Shown: piece after piece, positions 54,291-63,749 of the stretch | Layout: every line of letters begins with the position of its first letter | Numbering within the stretch: position 1 is the stretch's first letter | From: a bacterium | GTDB taxonomy: Bacteria; UBP15; UBA6099; JAJRTR01 | Direction: 5' to 3' | Assembly: GCA_024278215.1 (NCBI GenBank) | Contig: JAJRTR010000140.1 | Coordinates: 6,716 to 70,715, forward strand | Length of the DNA stretch: 64,000 nt | Program-made: the position numbers and the translations under genes | Notes under the pieces: model-generated | What the model was told of the DNA's origin: nothing | Databases searched by the model: none | The model's input: the letters and a program-made list of their open reading frames with translations, nothing else

Positions 54291-55076
54291 ATGGCATACG
54301 AAGATATTATCTACGAAAAAAATGGTGGAAAAGCAAAAATTACGATCAACAGGCCGGAGGTCTTCAACTCGTTCCGCACGCAGACAATCGAGGAGATGAC
54401 CGCTGCGATGCAGGACGCCGCGGACGACGGCACAATCGGCGTGATCGTCGTCGCTGGCGAGGGTGGCAAAGCGTTCTGCGCAGGTGGCGACATCACCGAG
54501 ATGCGCGACCTCACACCCGCGGACGGTCGCAGGTTTGTCATGAAACTTTTCAATCTTTTCTCGCTCATCCGCAGTGCGCCGAAACCTGTTATAGCCGCGA
54601 TCGACGGCTACTGCCTCGGCGGCGGCAACGAGATAAATGTCGTTTGTGATCTCTCTATAGCAACAGAAAGTTCGAAGATCGGACAGGTGGGGCCGACCGT
54701 GGGCAGCACCCCCGTGCTCGCAGGCACTCAAATGCTTCCACGCCTCGTCGGCGACAAGAAGGCGAAGGAAATAATCTTCCTCTGCAAACGCTATACTGCG
54801 CGGGAAGCGAAAGATATGGGCTGGATAAACGAAGTCGCACCGGACGGCGAACTCGACCGCGTCGTGGACGAATGGTGCGACCGCATACTCGAGATGAGCC
54901 CTCAATCGATCCGCATCTCGAAAATTTCACTCAATTTCGAGAGCGACCACCTTCATGCCTCATACATGCACGGCATCGAAATGCTCTGCAACACCTACGG
55001 CAGCGACGAACTCAAGGAAGGGATGAACGCTTTCCTCGAAAAACGCAAACCGGATTTCAGCCGATTCAGAAAGTAA
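54291..55076 (+). CDS. Crotonase-superfamily enzyme (MenB/BadI-like enoyl-CoA hydratase/hydrolase)
   Basis: ATG 54291 after GAGGTGA. MAYEDIIYEKNGGKAKITINRPEVFNSF...GKAFCAGGD...IDGYCLGGGNE. The ORF-track N-terminal extension runs into the MITE. Confidence 0.8.
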   Translation: MAYEDIIYEKNGGKAKITINRPEVFNSFRTQTIEEMTAAMQDAADDGTIGVIVVAGEGGKAFCAGGDITEMRDLTPADGRRFVMKLFNLFSLIRSAPKPVIAAIDGYCLGGGNEINVVCDLSIATESSKIGQVGPTVGSTPVLAGTQMLPRLVGDKKAKEIIFLCKRYTAREAKDMGWINEVAPDGELDRVVDEWCDRILEMSPQSIRISKISLNFESDHLHASYMHGIEMLCNTYGSDELKEGMNAFLEKRKPDFSRFRK

Positions 55077-55115
55077 GCGAATGAAGAAGTGTTCCGTCTC
55101 ACTGGAGGTTGCTGA

Positions 55116-56201
55116 ATGGCGACAATAAGAAAAACCGGGCAGGCCGACCGGGCGAAAAACGGCGTTATCGTCATACTTATACTGGGAACATTGTTGATGC
55201 TGGGCGATTTTGTATATACGACACTTGATGATGCCGGCGAATTCAAGATACTCGAAACACACTCGAACCTCGATTGCAATGTGGTAAAGGGCGTGCTGAG
55301 TTCCGAAGATATAACTATCGACCGGCAGACCGGCATGGCCTTCGTTTCGTCGGGCATCAGGGGTCTCGGTCTCGATAAAGGCGGCGCGATCATCGGGTAC
55401 GATCTGAATGCGAAGTCGCTGAAACCGGTAAATTTGACGAGTGATTTCAAAGAAGAATTTTATCCACACGGAATAGGACTGTATAAGGGTGCGGGCGGAG
55501 CCGCATCTCTGTTCGTAATCAACCATCGCAGCGAAAAAGATTATGTGGAAATATTCGACTACGCCGGCTCGAAACTCGTCCACAGACGGTCTGTAAGCAA
55601 TGTTCTCATGTACAGTCCGAACGATATTATCCCGGTGGGACGCGACAGTTTTTATGTGACAAACGACCACGGCTATCGTTCTTTCAGGGGACAGATTCTG
55701 GAGGATCTGCTTAAACTGGCGAAGTCGTATGTTCTCTATTTCGACGGCGATAAGTTAAGAATTGTCGCGCGCGGCTTGAGCTTCGCCAACGGGATAAATC
55801 TCAGCCCCGACGGAAAAACAGTGTATGTTTCGGAAGTCATCGGAAAACAGATAAGTGTTTTCGACCGCGATGTAAAAACCGGAGCTCTCGCATTGAAAAA
55901 CACAATATATTGCGGAACCGGTGTTGATAATATAGACGTTGCGGAAGACGGCAGCCTGTGGGTCGGCGCTCATGCGAAACTGCTCACGTTTGCAAAACAC
56001 GCAAAAAACCAGAAATTGCCGGCACCCTCACAAGTACTGCACATCACCATGAAAAACGGCAAATATTCAGTCGATGAAGTCTATCTGGATGATGGCAGCA
56101 CGCTGTCCGCCTCCAGCGTCGCCGCGGCATACAAAAATGAAGTTCTCATCGGCGGCGTCTTCGCTCCGCGTTTTCTTGTGTGTGAAAAGAAGATGCAATA
56201 G
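55116..56201 (+). CDS. Paraoxonase/arylesterase-like six-bladed beta-propeller protein (membrane-anchored)
   Basis: N-terminal anchor VIVILILGTLLMLG. PON-like blocks SSEDITI, FYPHGIGLY, FYVTNDH, ANGINLSPDGKTVYVSE and DNIDVAEDGSLWVG. TAG stop. Confidence 0.65.
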   Translation: MATIRKTGQADRAKNGVIVILILGTLLMLGDFVYTTLDDAGEFKILETHSNLDCNVVKGVLSSEDITIDRQTGMAFVSSGIRGLGLDKGGAIIGYDLNAKSLKPVNLTSDFKEEFYPHGIGLYKGAGGAASLFVINHRSEKDYVEIFDYAGSKLVHRRSVSNVLMYSPNDIIPVGRDSFYVTNDHGYRSFRGQILEDLLKLAKSYVLYFDGDKLRIVARGLSFANGINLSPDGKTVYVSEVIGKQISVFDRDVKTGALALKNTIYCGTGVDNIDVAEDGSLWVGAHAKLLTFAKHAKNQKLPAPSQVLHITMKNGKYSVDEVYLDDGSTLSASSVAAAYKNEVLIGGVFAPRFLVCEKKMQ

Positions 56202-56238
56202 GCAACAATGTAAGATACGATATATTGTATCTAAACTG

Positions 56239-56725
56239 GAGCCAGTTGCAAAATTATGATTCTGCTTGATAAGCATTCTGTTATTCTGGGAAAGATTATG
56301 GGTAGGATTGCAAAACATCCAATTATAAAGCACGGGCAAAATGGCTGATGAAGTTTGTGATTCGGTTAACAAAACAGGACACACCTTAGGGATCACAATA
56401 AAGAGAGAAAGGATGTAATTGATGGGATATCTGGTGTAGTATGACACTAAAAGCAAAGATATTGTTTTCTTCGTCTTTAATCATTATTTGTGTTTTGGTA
56501 ACACTTTAGCCATGTGAAGCTGCACCTTGAAAACCTAACATGAAAAGGAATGGAAGGCATTGGGGTCAGACCTAGAATTATGCACAGAGCGGAAGTGTAA
56601 GGGGCAGAACGTGAATTGTAAAATTTGAGAATAGTTTATTGGCTCGGAATAGTTTTGTTCACGTCGGCTATTTGATCCTGTTGTCTTTCGACCTCTCGCT
56701 ACAAACATAATTTTGCAATTGGCTC
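56239..56725 (-). mobile_element. 487-bp variant sharing both ends of the foldback element (copy E, composite/nested)
   Basis: Left ~28 nt (GAGCCAGTTGCAAAATTATGATTCTGCT) and right ~38 nt (...CGACCTCTCGCTACAAACATAATTTTGCAATTGGCTC) match copy C. The AT-rich interior is unrelated and contains an extra TIR-like TTTATTGGCTC at 56635..56645. Confidence 0.7.
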
Positions 56726-56802
56726 GGTGTGGCGGGAGTGTTTTTTCGCGCGCTCTCAACCTTCGAATATCAGACTTGCAAAAGTTGGTGGTTTTTAAGG
56801 AA

Positions 56803-59619
56803 CTACTTGACGTTCCTGATGCTTTCCGGGGTGTAGGGTTCGTATTCGTCGACGTTGCGCATGAGGTTCCATAGTGGTTCCGGGACAGTGGCGGGAGATG
56901 CTTCGATGACGATTTCGCCTTCTCCGGATTGATTTTCCGATGTAATGCGCCTGTCGGATTTTTCATGCCCGGTCGCCGGTTTCTTACTGGTTCGGGGCGT
57001 GTCGGCAACTGTTTTGCCTGATACAAACGGCTGGACGGCCATTGTATTCTCGAAGTCGGGCAGGTCGAGTTTTAATTGAGCGAGCGCTTTTTTCGCTTCC
57101 GATTTTTTACTGTAGTAGCCGAGAACGACATGGGTGATTTTCAAGCTTCCGATTTTTTCGATGTAAAGGGAAGGCGAGTAGCCAAGGTCCTGAAGAATGG
57201 CTACGGTTTTATCGGCATTTTTTTCATCGGCGTAGCTTCCGGCGGCGAGGATGAATTTCGGTTTGTCCGCGGCTGCAACTTTCTGTGGTTTTTCCTTCGA
57301 TATTGTTATCTCATTCTGTGCTTTTGCAGTTGGTTTTGTCTCTTCAGGAAGTTTCTGATTGTCGTCGATGAGATTGCCCGGCGCTCTGGACAGCAGGGTG
57401 TCGGGTTTCTTCTCGAATGGAGCGAATTTGTCCGCCGGCTTTTCCCTGCCCGGTATGTAGGGTTTCTGGTATGGGGGTTTCAAGTCGTCTTCGCCGAGGA
57501 GTTCAAATCGTGCGATGAGCGCGGCAGCTTCGGCCCGGTTGATTGTTTTCGCCGGTTTGAAAGTTTTGTCGGGATAACCACCCATCAGCGGCTGTCCGTC
57601 GAGAGGCGCCATGCCGCGGGAAGCAAGGTACACGGCGGCTTTTTCACGGGTGTTCAGTCCTTCGATGTCGGAGAAAAGGCCGTCGAGGTTCTGGTTCACC
57701 GGAAGTTGCGCGCCGGCGGATTTAAACAGGGTCAGGATCGCCTCGAGGCGCGACACAGGCCCCTGCATCATCAGCCTGTCAAGGAAATCGACGTTCAGTC
57801 CGATTATGGACATATTTTTTTTCAGCGCGTCGATCTGCTGCATCTTTTCGCCGGGCGGCAGATTCATCAGTCTCGTGAAGTCCATGGAAGTGTTGAGAAC
57901 TGTAACATAGTCCTCGATCTCGATGGGCGACAGGTCTTCGTGCTGGAGTTTCAGCCTCAGTTTGTATTTGCCCGAGCCGACACCCGCTTTGTCCAGCAGG
58001 TCGCGATTGACGACCAGCCGCTTTGCACCGGACCGTTCGTAAGTGCCGTCTTCGAGCATGATCGGCCGTCCGATTTCCGGCGACAGCAGCCACAGTTCCG
58101 CTTTCACTGAATACGGGGTTTTAAAGTATACCATTATCGGATCGGCGAACCGGGCGTAAACTTTCGACAGGAAAACGAGACTGTAAAATTCGGATCGCGA
58201 GGCGGTCTGCTCAGGTTTGAAAAGATCGTTCTCCGCGAATGGAAAGAATCCTTTCTTTGCTATGGATTCGACGTAATTCCTGGACCAGTGGTTCTTCAGG
58301 TCGCTGAAGGCCGTCACAGGCGCCTGGGGTATCATTATGATTTTCGGATCGACCTTGAAGTCGGCCACGATGGTTGTTTCTTTCACCGGTTCAGTTACAG
58401 TCGAATCCCCTTCTGTCCGGGACGCGGCGTTATCGGCATACTCGATGTCGCTGCCGCCGGAAGCGTCCGGGCGGGAGGGCTCGGGAGCCGGTTTTGCAAC
58501 AACCGGTTCCGGGGCGGGTGGTTTTTTCAGATCGGATTCTGTTGACGGGAGTTTGTCCTCGTAGACGCTTTTTTCTATTGTATCGACAAGCGCTCCGGTG
58601 TCGGGTTCCTCTTCTTCCGGGATGTATGATTCGCGCCATTTCGCTTTCTCGTCGGGCTTGTAGGAGACGGAAATATTTATCGCCGAATCTAAGGTGTCGT
58701 TGTATGTCAGTGAACCCAGCGCCGCATTATATTGGTCCGTGACATAGCTGACCCCCATCTGTCCGTACTGATCATCGTTGATTCGCGTAAATTCGCTGTC
58801 TTTCTGGTAGCCGTTTCTTACCGAGATATTCCTGTCGCGGAACCTGTATTCGGCCCCGAGGTACAGGAGATTGTTGCTGGAACTGCCCTCCGCGCCACCG
58901 CGGTCCACAGTGTACAATTTATAACCGCCGTAAATGTCGATCCAGTCGCGGAGCGGATAACGTATACCCAGGTTGAAAATGCGCGGCAGTGTGACTTTTC
59001 TGTCACCGAGAGTGGTAGAAATCTCGCTGGCGGTTGAAATAATATTCTGGATGGAAAGCGCGGCATGAGCGCCGTTGTTCAGTAGCTGGAAACCGCCTGC
59101 ATCCACGCTGAAGCCCGAACCGTCGTCACTCGCTATTGTCTGTACCTGTGTCAAGCCCGGCGGCGAAGAAAATCTGAACGCTGAAATATTTACGCCGATA
59201 TGATATTTGCTTCCTCCCGGAACCGGGGTGCTGTAGGTGATCATATCACGCGACGCGCCCGACTGGTCGTCAGAGATCAGGCTGTACGCTTTTCCTCCCG
59301 ACGCATAGGATAAAATGAAATACTTATAATCATCATCTGTGTTATAGTTGTTCAGCAGACTTGATTTCGAATTCGAGCTATAGTTGCCGAAAGCGAAAGA
59401 ATACCTTGTGGACTGAATATATTTTACGTATGCGGGATTGACCAGATAAGCGAAAGCATCATTCTGTGAACCGACGCTCAGGCCGCCGAGAGATATCGAC
59501 ACCGGCCCGGCGCCGTAGAGATGGTAGGCCTCGAATTCGGCGCGTGCGTTTCGCGCACAGAGTGAAACCACAACTGCCGCCATTGCAGCAACCATGAGCA
59601 GTTTTGCTGCCTGTTTCAC
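56803..59619 (-). CDS. Outer-membrane tether: N-terminal beta-barrel-like domain, Pro/Glu linker, SLH domains, SPOR domain
   Basis: GTG 59619 (VKQAAKLLMVAAMAAVVVSLCARNARA) after GAGG. The ORF track runs to 59670. SLH: FSDLKNHWSRNYVESIAKKGFF...FKPEQTASRSEF and FSDIEGLNTREKAAVYLASRG...YPDKTFKPAKTINRAEAAALIARF. SPOR: FILAAGSYADEKNADKTVAILQDLGY...VVLGYYSKKSEAKKALAQL. Confidence 0.75.
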   Translation of the reverse strand: MKQAAKLLMVAAMAAVVVSLCARNARAEFEAYHLYGAGPVSISLGGLSVGSQNDAFAYLVNPAYVKYIQSTRYSFAFGNYSSNSKSSLLNNYNTDDDYKYFILSYASGGKAYSLISDDQSGASRDMITYSTPVPGGSKYHIGVNISAFRFSSPPGLTQVQTIASDDGSGFSVDAGGFQLLNNGAHAALSIQNIISTASEISTTLGDRKVTLPRIFNLGIRYPLRDWIDIYGGYKLYTVDRGGAEGSSSNNLLYLGAEYRFRDRNISVRNGYQKDSEFTRINDDQYGQMGVSYVTDQYNAALGSLTYNDTLDSAINISVSYKPDEKAKWRESYIPEEEEPDTGALVDTIEKSVYEDKLPSTESDLKKPPAPEPVVAKPAPEPSRPDASGGSDIEYADNAASRTEGDSTVTEPVKETTIVADFKVDPKIIMIPQAPVTAFSDLKNHWSRNYVESIAKKGFFPFAENDLFKPEQTASRSEFYSLVFLSKVYARFADPIMVYFKTPYSVKAELWLLSPEIGRPIMLEDGTYERSGAKRLVVNRDLLDKAGVGSGKYKLRLKLQHEDLSPIEIEDYVTVLNTSMDFTRLMNLPPGEKMQQIDALKKNMSIIGLNVDFLDRLMMQGPVSRLEAILTLFKSAGAQLPVNQNLDGLFSDIEGLNTREKAAVYLASRGMAPLDGQPLMGGYPDKTFKPAKTINRAEAAALIARFELLGEDDLKPPYQKPYIPGREKPADKFAPFEKKPDTLLSRAPGNLIDDNQKLPEETKPTAKAQNEITISKEKPQKVAAADKPKFILAAGSYADEKNADKTVAILQDLGYSPSLYIEKIGSLKITHVVLGYYSKKSEAKKALAQLKLDLPDFENTMAVQPFVSGKTVADTPRTSKKPATGHEKSDRRITSENQSGEGEIVIEASPATVPEPLWNLMRNVDEYEPYTPESIRNVK

Positions 59620-59791
59620 CCGGCTAACCTCGAGAATGATCTGCAAAAAAACAAAACACCTGCCTGACACGGGGACCCGTTTCCGTCATTATGTTCACGC
59701 TTCGAACAGAGTGTTGCAAGCGGCTCTATATAAAATAATGTCCATGAAAAACAGTTTCTGTTTACATATATGATGCACTTTATTAAATAAT

Positions 59792-59863
59792 TGAACTTGT
59801 GCATTATGTTTTCAGCAACTGAACAAAACAAAACATAATCTTCTTTCAAAATGCACAAGTTCA
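59792..59863. repeat. 72-bp foldback (13-nt arms) sharing a 16-nt end motif with 8324..8339
   Basis: TGAACTTGTGCAT ... ATGCACAAGTTCA with an inner repeat ATTATGTTTT/AAAACATAAT. The outer motif TAAACTGAACTTGTGC recurs at 8324..8339. Lies between the argS stop and the SLH gene start. Confidence 0.55.
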
Positions 59864-59879
59864 GTTTAGTAATTGTATT

Positions 59880-61568
59880 TTACATCGACTCCGGCGCGGT
59901 GATGCCCAGAAGGCTCAGGCCGTTTGCGAACACCGTCTGAACCGCCGCGCAGAGAGCGAGCCGTGCGGATGAAAGGGCCTTATCTTTGTCCGACACTACC
60001 CTGTGACCGTGGTAGAAGGCGTGAAAATCGCCTGCGAGTTCCGTCAGGAAAGTTATAATCCTGTGCGGTTCCCTTGCGAGGCAGCATGTCTGGACCTCCC
60101 AGGGGAAGTTGGCGAGTTTACTCATCAGGGCGAGTTCCCGGGGAGTCTCGAGCAGCGCGAGATCCGCGCCGGTGGCGACCTCGACTCCCTCTTCCCCTGC
60201 TTTTTGCAGCAGGCTGCATATTCGCGCATGAGCATATTGCAGATAAAACATAGGATTCTTCTCCGAGCGTTCTTTCGCCAGTTCGATGTCGAAGTCGAGG
60301 TGGCTTTCCTTTGTGCGCATCAGGAAGAAGAAGCGAGCGGCGTCGCAGCCCACTTCATCCACCAGGTCGGAGAGTGTCACAAGGTTTCCCGCGCGTTTCG
60401 ACATGCGCACGAAGTCGCCGCTCTTTTTGAAACGCACAAGTTGCACGACAGCGATTTCGAGCTTATCAGGGTCGATGCCCAGTGCCTCCATAGCAGATTT
60501 CATGCGGGCGATGTAGCCGTGGTGGTCCGCGCCCCATATATCTATGACTATGTCGAAGCCGCGATCGAATTTATTCTTGTGATACGCTATGTCCGAAAGG
60601 AAATACGTAGATGCGCCGCCGGATTTTTTCAACACCCTGTCCTGCGTGTAGCGATACTTGCTTGTGGCGAACCAGAGCGCGCCTTCGTCTTCATAGAGCG
60701 CGCCTTTTTCTTTCAGTGTTTTCAGCACGTCCTCCACGAGGTCGGCATCGTAAAGTTCGTGCTCGCCGAACCAGCGGTCGAAGGCGACACCGAATTTTTT
60801 CAGCGATTCGTCCTGCTCGTCGAGCACCCTTTTTATCGTGTAATCGGCCATCAGTTTCCGGCGTTCGTCGTCGTCCTTTTTCAGCAGCGAATCGCCGTAT
60901 TCTTTTTTCAACTCGAGCGCGTAGGTTTTTATATATTCGCCCTGGTATCCGGCCTGGTCAAGCTGAACGTCCTGTCCGAGCGCCTCCTTGTAACGAAGGT
61001 CGACACTGATCGCGAGATTTTTTATCTGGTTGCCGATATCGTTAACATAATATTCGCGCACGGTCTCATAGCCGCAGGCCTCGAGCAGGCGGGCGATAGT
61101 GTCGCCGATAGCAGCGATGCGGCCATGCCCCACCGAGAGCGGCCCCGTCGGGTTCGCGCTCACAAATTCAACCTGCACTTTCTTACCTTTGCCGATGTCC
61201 GATTTGCCATAATCGGCACCGGCGTCGCGCACTTCCTCGATGATTCCGCGCAGAGTGTCAGGTGCCACTGTTAAATTTATAAAACCTGGCCCGGCAATTT
61301 CCGCTTTCCCGATAATCGCCGATTCCGCAAGCCCGCCCACTATCTTTCCCGCTATTTCTCCCGGTGTTCTTTTTAGCGGCTTAGCCAGTGTCAGAGACAG
61401 ATTCGTAGCAAAATCACCGTGGTCTTTGCTGCGTGGAATCTCCAGCGGCACATCCTGCCACCTGTCGATACCGGTGTTCTCGAAACCGCAACTTACGACC
61501 GCCTCGTATATTATTCTTTTTACTTTGTCCGCCAGCATAAAACCATTCTCCGAATCTATATTTAACAC
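59880..61568 (-). CDS. argS: Arginine--tRNA ligase
   Basis: Class I motifs SANPTGPLSVGHGR (HIGH-like) and RMSKRAGN (KMSK). DALR-type C-terminus. Confidence 0.9.
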   Translation of the reverse strand: MLNIDSENGFMLADKVKRIIYEAVVSCGFENTGIDRWQDVPLEIPRSKDHGDFATNLSLTLAKPLKRTPGEIAGKIVGGLAESAIIGKAEIAGPGFINLTVAPDTLRGIIEEVRDAGADYGKSDIGKGKKVQVEFVSANPTGPLSVGHGRIAAIGDTIARLLEACGYETVREYYVNDIGNQIKNLAISVDLRYKEALGQDVQLDQAGYQGEYIKTYALELKKEYGDSLLKKDDDERRKLMADYTIKRVLDEQDESLKKFGVAFDRWFGEHELYDADLVEDVLKTLKEKGALYEDEGALWFATSKYRYTQDRVLKKSGGASTYFLSDIAYHKNKFDRGFDIVIDIWGADHHGYIARMKSAMEALGIDPDKLEIAVVQLVRFKKSGDFVRMSKRAGNLVTLSDLVDEVGCDAARFFFLMRTKESHLDFDIELAKERSEKNPMFYLQYAHARICSLLQKAGEEGVEVATGADLALLETPRELALMSKLANFPWEVQTCCLAREPHRIITFLTELAGDFHAFYHGHRVVSDKDKALSSARLALCAAVQTVFANGLSLLGITAPESM

Positions 61569-61808
61569 TTGTCCGAATAAGCTTTCATTCTTACATATAT
61601 TGTTTGTATTATCAATAGGCTATTGAGGACAATACCGGATGCTGAGTGGCCGGACGCCCTCATCCCGAAAACCATCCCCGACATGCCTCCCTGCCCAGGG
61701 GTTGCGAAGAAATAAGATGAAAATCAGACACGCAATTGTATCATTGTAAACAAGGGAGCCTGGAATACCGCACTTTCTTTTTGATCGCGGCTTTGCCGGG
61801 CCGGGCGT

Positions 61809-62684
61809 CTATCCCCAGGGTTTGAACCACACGAGGTAATAATAGATCACCGGCAACACAAAGAGGAAACTGTCGATGCGGTCGAGGAACCCACCGTGTG
61901 AACCCAGCAGAGTGCCCGAGTCCTTGACGCCCAGCTCGCGTTTGAAGGCCGACTCGACAAGGTCGCCGATCTGGCCGAAGATGCTGGCGACTATTCCCAG
62001 CAGCACAGCATGCCCGAACGGAATTTTTATGAAGATACCGACGATCACAAACAGGAAAGTGGCATAAGCAATGCCGCCGAGGCAGCCCTCGAACGTTTTC
62101 TTGGGGCTCAGCTCAGGAAAAATCCTGTTCCTGCCGAAAAATTTGCCTGCGAAATACGCACCCACATCCGAACCCCACGCGCCGGCCATCGGCAGGAACA
62201 GTACCAGCCGATTCTGAACAGCGCTGTCGGGGAACTGCGTGTCGGCGATGCCCATGATCAGGAACATGAAACTTCCGAAAGCACCGATATAGAGGCTGCC
62301 GAAAACAGTGGACGCGAGGTCCACCATACCGTATCTCTCATGTCTCTGCACTATCTGCCAGAACTGGATCACAAGAATGATAAATACATATATGGTGACG
62401 ACAGTGCCGATGTTGCCGCTGCTGTTGCGGAATATCTCGAACTGCGGGAACTTGCTCAGATAGGCAACAAGGATGAACGACAGTCCGAAGATAATGCCGA
62501 CGTAGGTCATCGGCTTGATCTTTTTTATTTGTATCAGTCTGTAGTATTCCCACATCCCAATAGCACCACCTGCCATTATCGCTACGAATAGCATCCAGTC
62601 GCCGATCACCAGCGTCAAAACAGCGCAAAACGCCAGCACCAGTCCCATGATAACTTTTTCTCTCATTTTTTTCTGTCCGTTCAA
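61809..62684 (-). CDS. cdsA: Phosphatidate cytidylyltransferase
   Basis: Multi-TM. Signature SPKKTFEGCLGG...SAFKRELGVKDSGTLLGSHGGFLDRIDS. Confidence 0.85.
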   Translation of the reverse strand: MNGQKKMREKVIMGLVLAFCAVLTLVIGDWMLFVAIMAGGAIGMWEYYRLIQIKKIKPMTYVGIIFGLSFILVAYLSKFPQFEIFRNSSGNIGTVVTIYVFIILVIQFWQIVQRHERYGMVDLASTVFGSLYIGAFGSFMFLIMGIADTQFPDSAVQNRLVLFLPMAGAWGSDVGAYFAGKFFGRNRIFPELSPKKTFEGCLGGIAYATFLFVIVGIFIKIPFGHAVLLGIVASIFGQIGDLVESAFKRELGVKDSGTLLGSHGGFLDRIDSFLFVLPVIYYYLVWFKPWG

Positions 62685-62834
62685 TGATTTGACTGTACTA
62701 TTTTACACTCTTCGGGGAAATATTTGTAGCGTAATACGGAAATCGGTTTTGCGCAACATGAAGACCCGGCGGAATGAAGAGACTCGGACAACAAAATACT
62801 TAAGTATATGCAACAACAAATGATAGAATCATTC

Positions 62835-62862
62835 TTGAATCACCTGCCGAATGAGTTATAAT
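62835..62862 (+). promoter_or_regulatory. Sigma70-type promoter candidate for trxA
   Basis: TTGAAT - 16 nt - TATAAT, about 95 nt upstream of the trxA ATG. Confidence 0.55.
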
Positions 62863-62958
62863 GATGAATTGCTTCTTACTATTTTTCGGTCTTTTTGAAT
62901 CAGAAAGTTGTTTAATGTATCTAAATACACAGCAAGAGGATAAGAGGAGGTTTCATCA

Positions 62959-63279
62959 ATGTCTGGATTAGCAGTTAACGCAGAAAATTTCGAAGCGGAA
63001 GTATTAAAGGCAGATGTTCCGGTCGTAGTGGATTTCTACGCGGACTGGTGCGGCCCCTGCAAGATGATGGCGCCGGTGCTCGACCAGCTTTCGGAAACAC
63101 TTGCGGGCAAAGCGAAAATCGCCAAGATGGATGTGGATTCCAACCAGCAACTCGCCGGCAACTACGGCATCAGCAGCATACCGTGTCTCATCCTTTTTAA
63201 AGACGGCAAGGACCAGGACAGACTCGTCGGCTTCAGGCCCGCACCGGATATACAAAAATGGATCGAGAAATATATCTGA
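62959..63279 (+). CDS. trxA: Thioredoxin
   Basis: VVVDFYADWCGPCKMMAP active site. 106 aa. RBS AAGAGGAGG. Confidence 0.9.
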   Translation: MSGLAVNAENFEAEVLKADVPVVVDFYADWCGPCKMMAPVLDQLSETLAGKAKIAKMDVDSNQQLAGNYGISSIPCLILFKDGKDQDRLVGFRPAPDIQKWIEKYI

Positions 63280-63303
63280 TCCTGTCGGCAGGGAGATAGC
63301 ACC

Positions 63304-63555
63304 ATGCACGATCATGACTTACTGGATTGCTCGAAAATCCTCGAAGGGCTTTCCGATTATATCGACGGAGATGCCGCGCCTGAAATATGCAGGCAGATTA
63401 AAGCCCATCTCGAGGGATGCAGCGATTGCGACAATTTCGTCGAGACAGTGAAAAAAGTCGTGATCATGTACCGTAGCGAAAAAGAGACAATGACGGAGGA
63501 GGCCAGGATGAAGCTGCACAAAATCCTGGAAGAACAATGCAGGGACAGAATGTAA
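63304..63555 (+). CDS. Small cytoplasmic zinc-finger (zf-HC2/ZAS, RsrA-like) anti-sigma-type protein
   Basis: CSKILEGLSDYIDGDAAPEICRQIKAHLEGCSDC contains the H-x3-C-x2-C ZAS motif. No TM segment. 83 aa. Confidence 0.7.
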   Translation: MHDHDLLDCSKILEGLSDYIDGDAAPEICRQIKAHLEGCSDCDNFVETVKKVVIMYRSEKETMTEEARMKLHKILEEQCRDRM

Positions 63556-63710
63556 AGGAAAAAGATGAACAGCGACCGGGCATAAAGTGGGAGTGCCGCA
63601 AGCACAATGTCGAGATAAAAGGCGATAATCCGCACTGCCCCAGCCCGAAAGTTCACTGCAAATTCAGGACATCGTGCCTTGTCTTCCACAAGTCAATGCT
63701 CGACGACTGA
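63537..63710 (+). CDS. Candidate 57-aa Cys/His-rich ORF overlapping the end of the ZAS gene
   Basis: Hand translation gives MQGQNVKEKDEQRPGIKWECRKHNVEIKGDNPHCPSPKVHCKFRTSCLVFHKSMLDD (4 Cys, 5 His). GGAAG lies 4 nt before the ATG. It ends 40 nt before a strong terminator. Below the ORF-track cutoff. Confidence 0.35.
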   Translation: MQGQNVKEKDEQRPGIKWECRKHNVEIKGDNPHCPSPKVHCKFRTSCLVFHKSMLDD

Positions 63711-63749
63711 CTCTGAGCAGCAACTATCAACAGTATTGAAGCATACATG

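Noticed and set aside
60003-61274. 423-aa + strand ORF inside argS
   Set aside because: It lies antisense to arginyl-tRNA synthetase, which has clear class I signature motifs on the minus strand.
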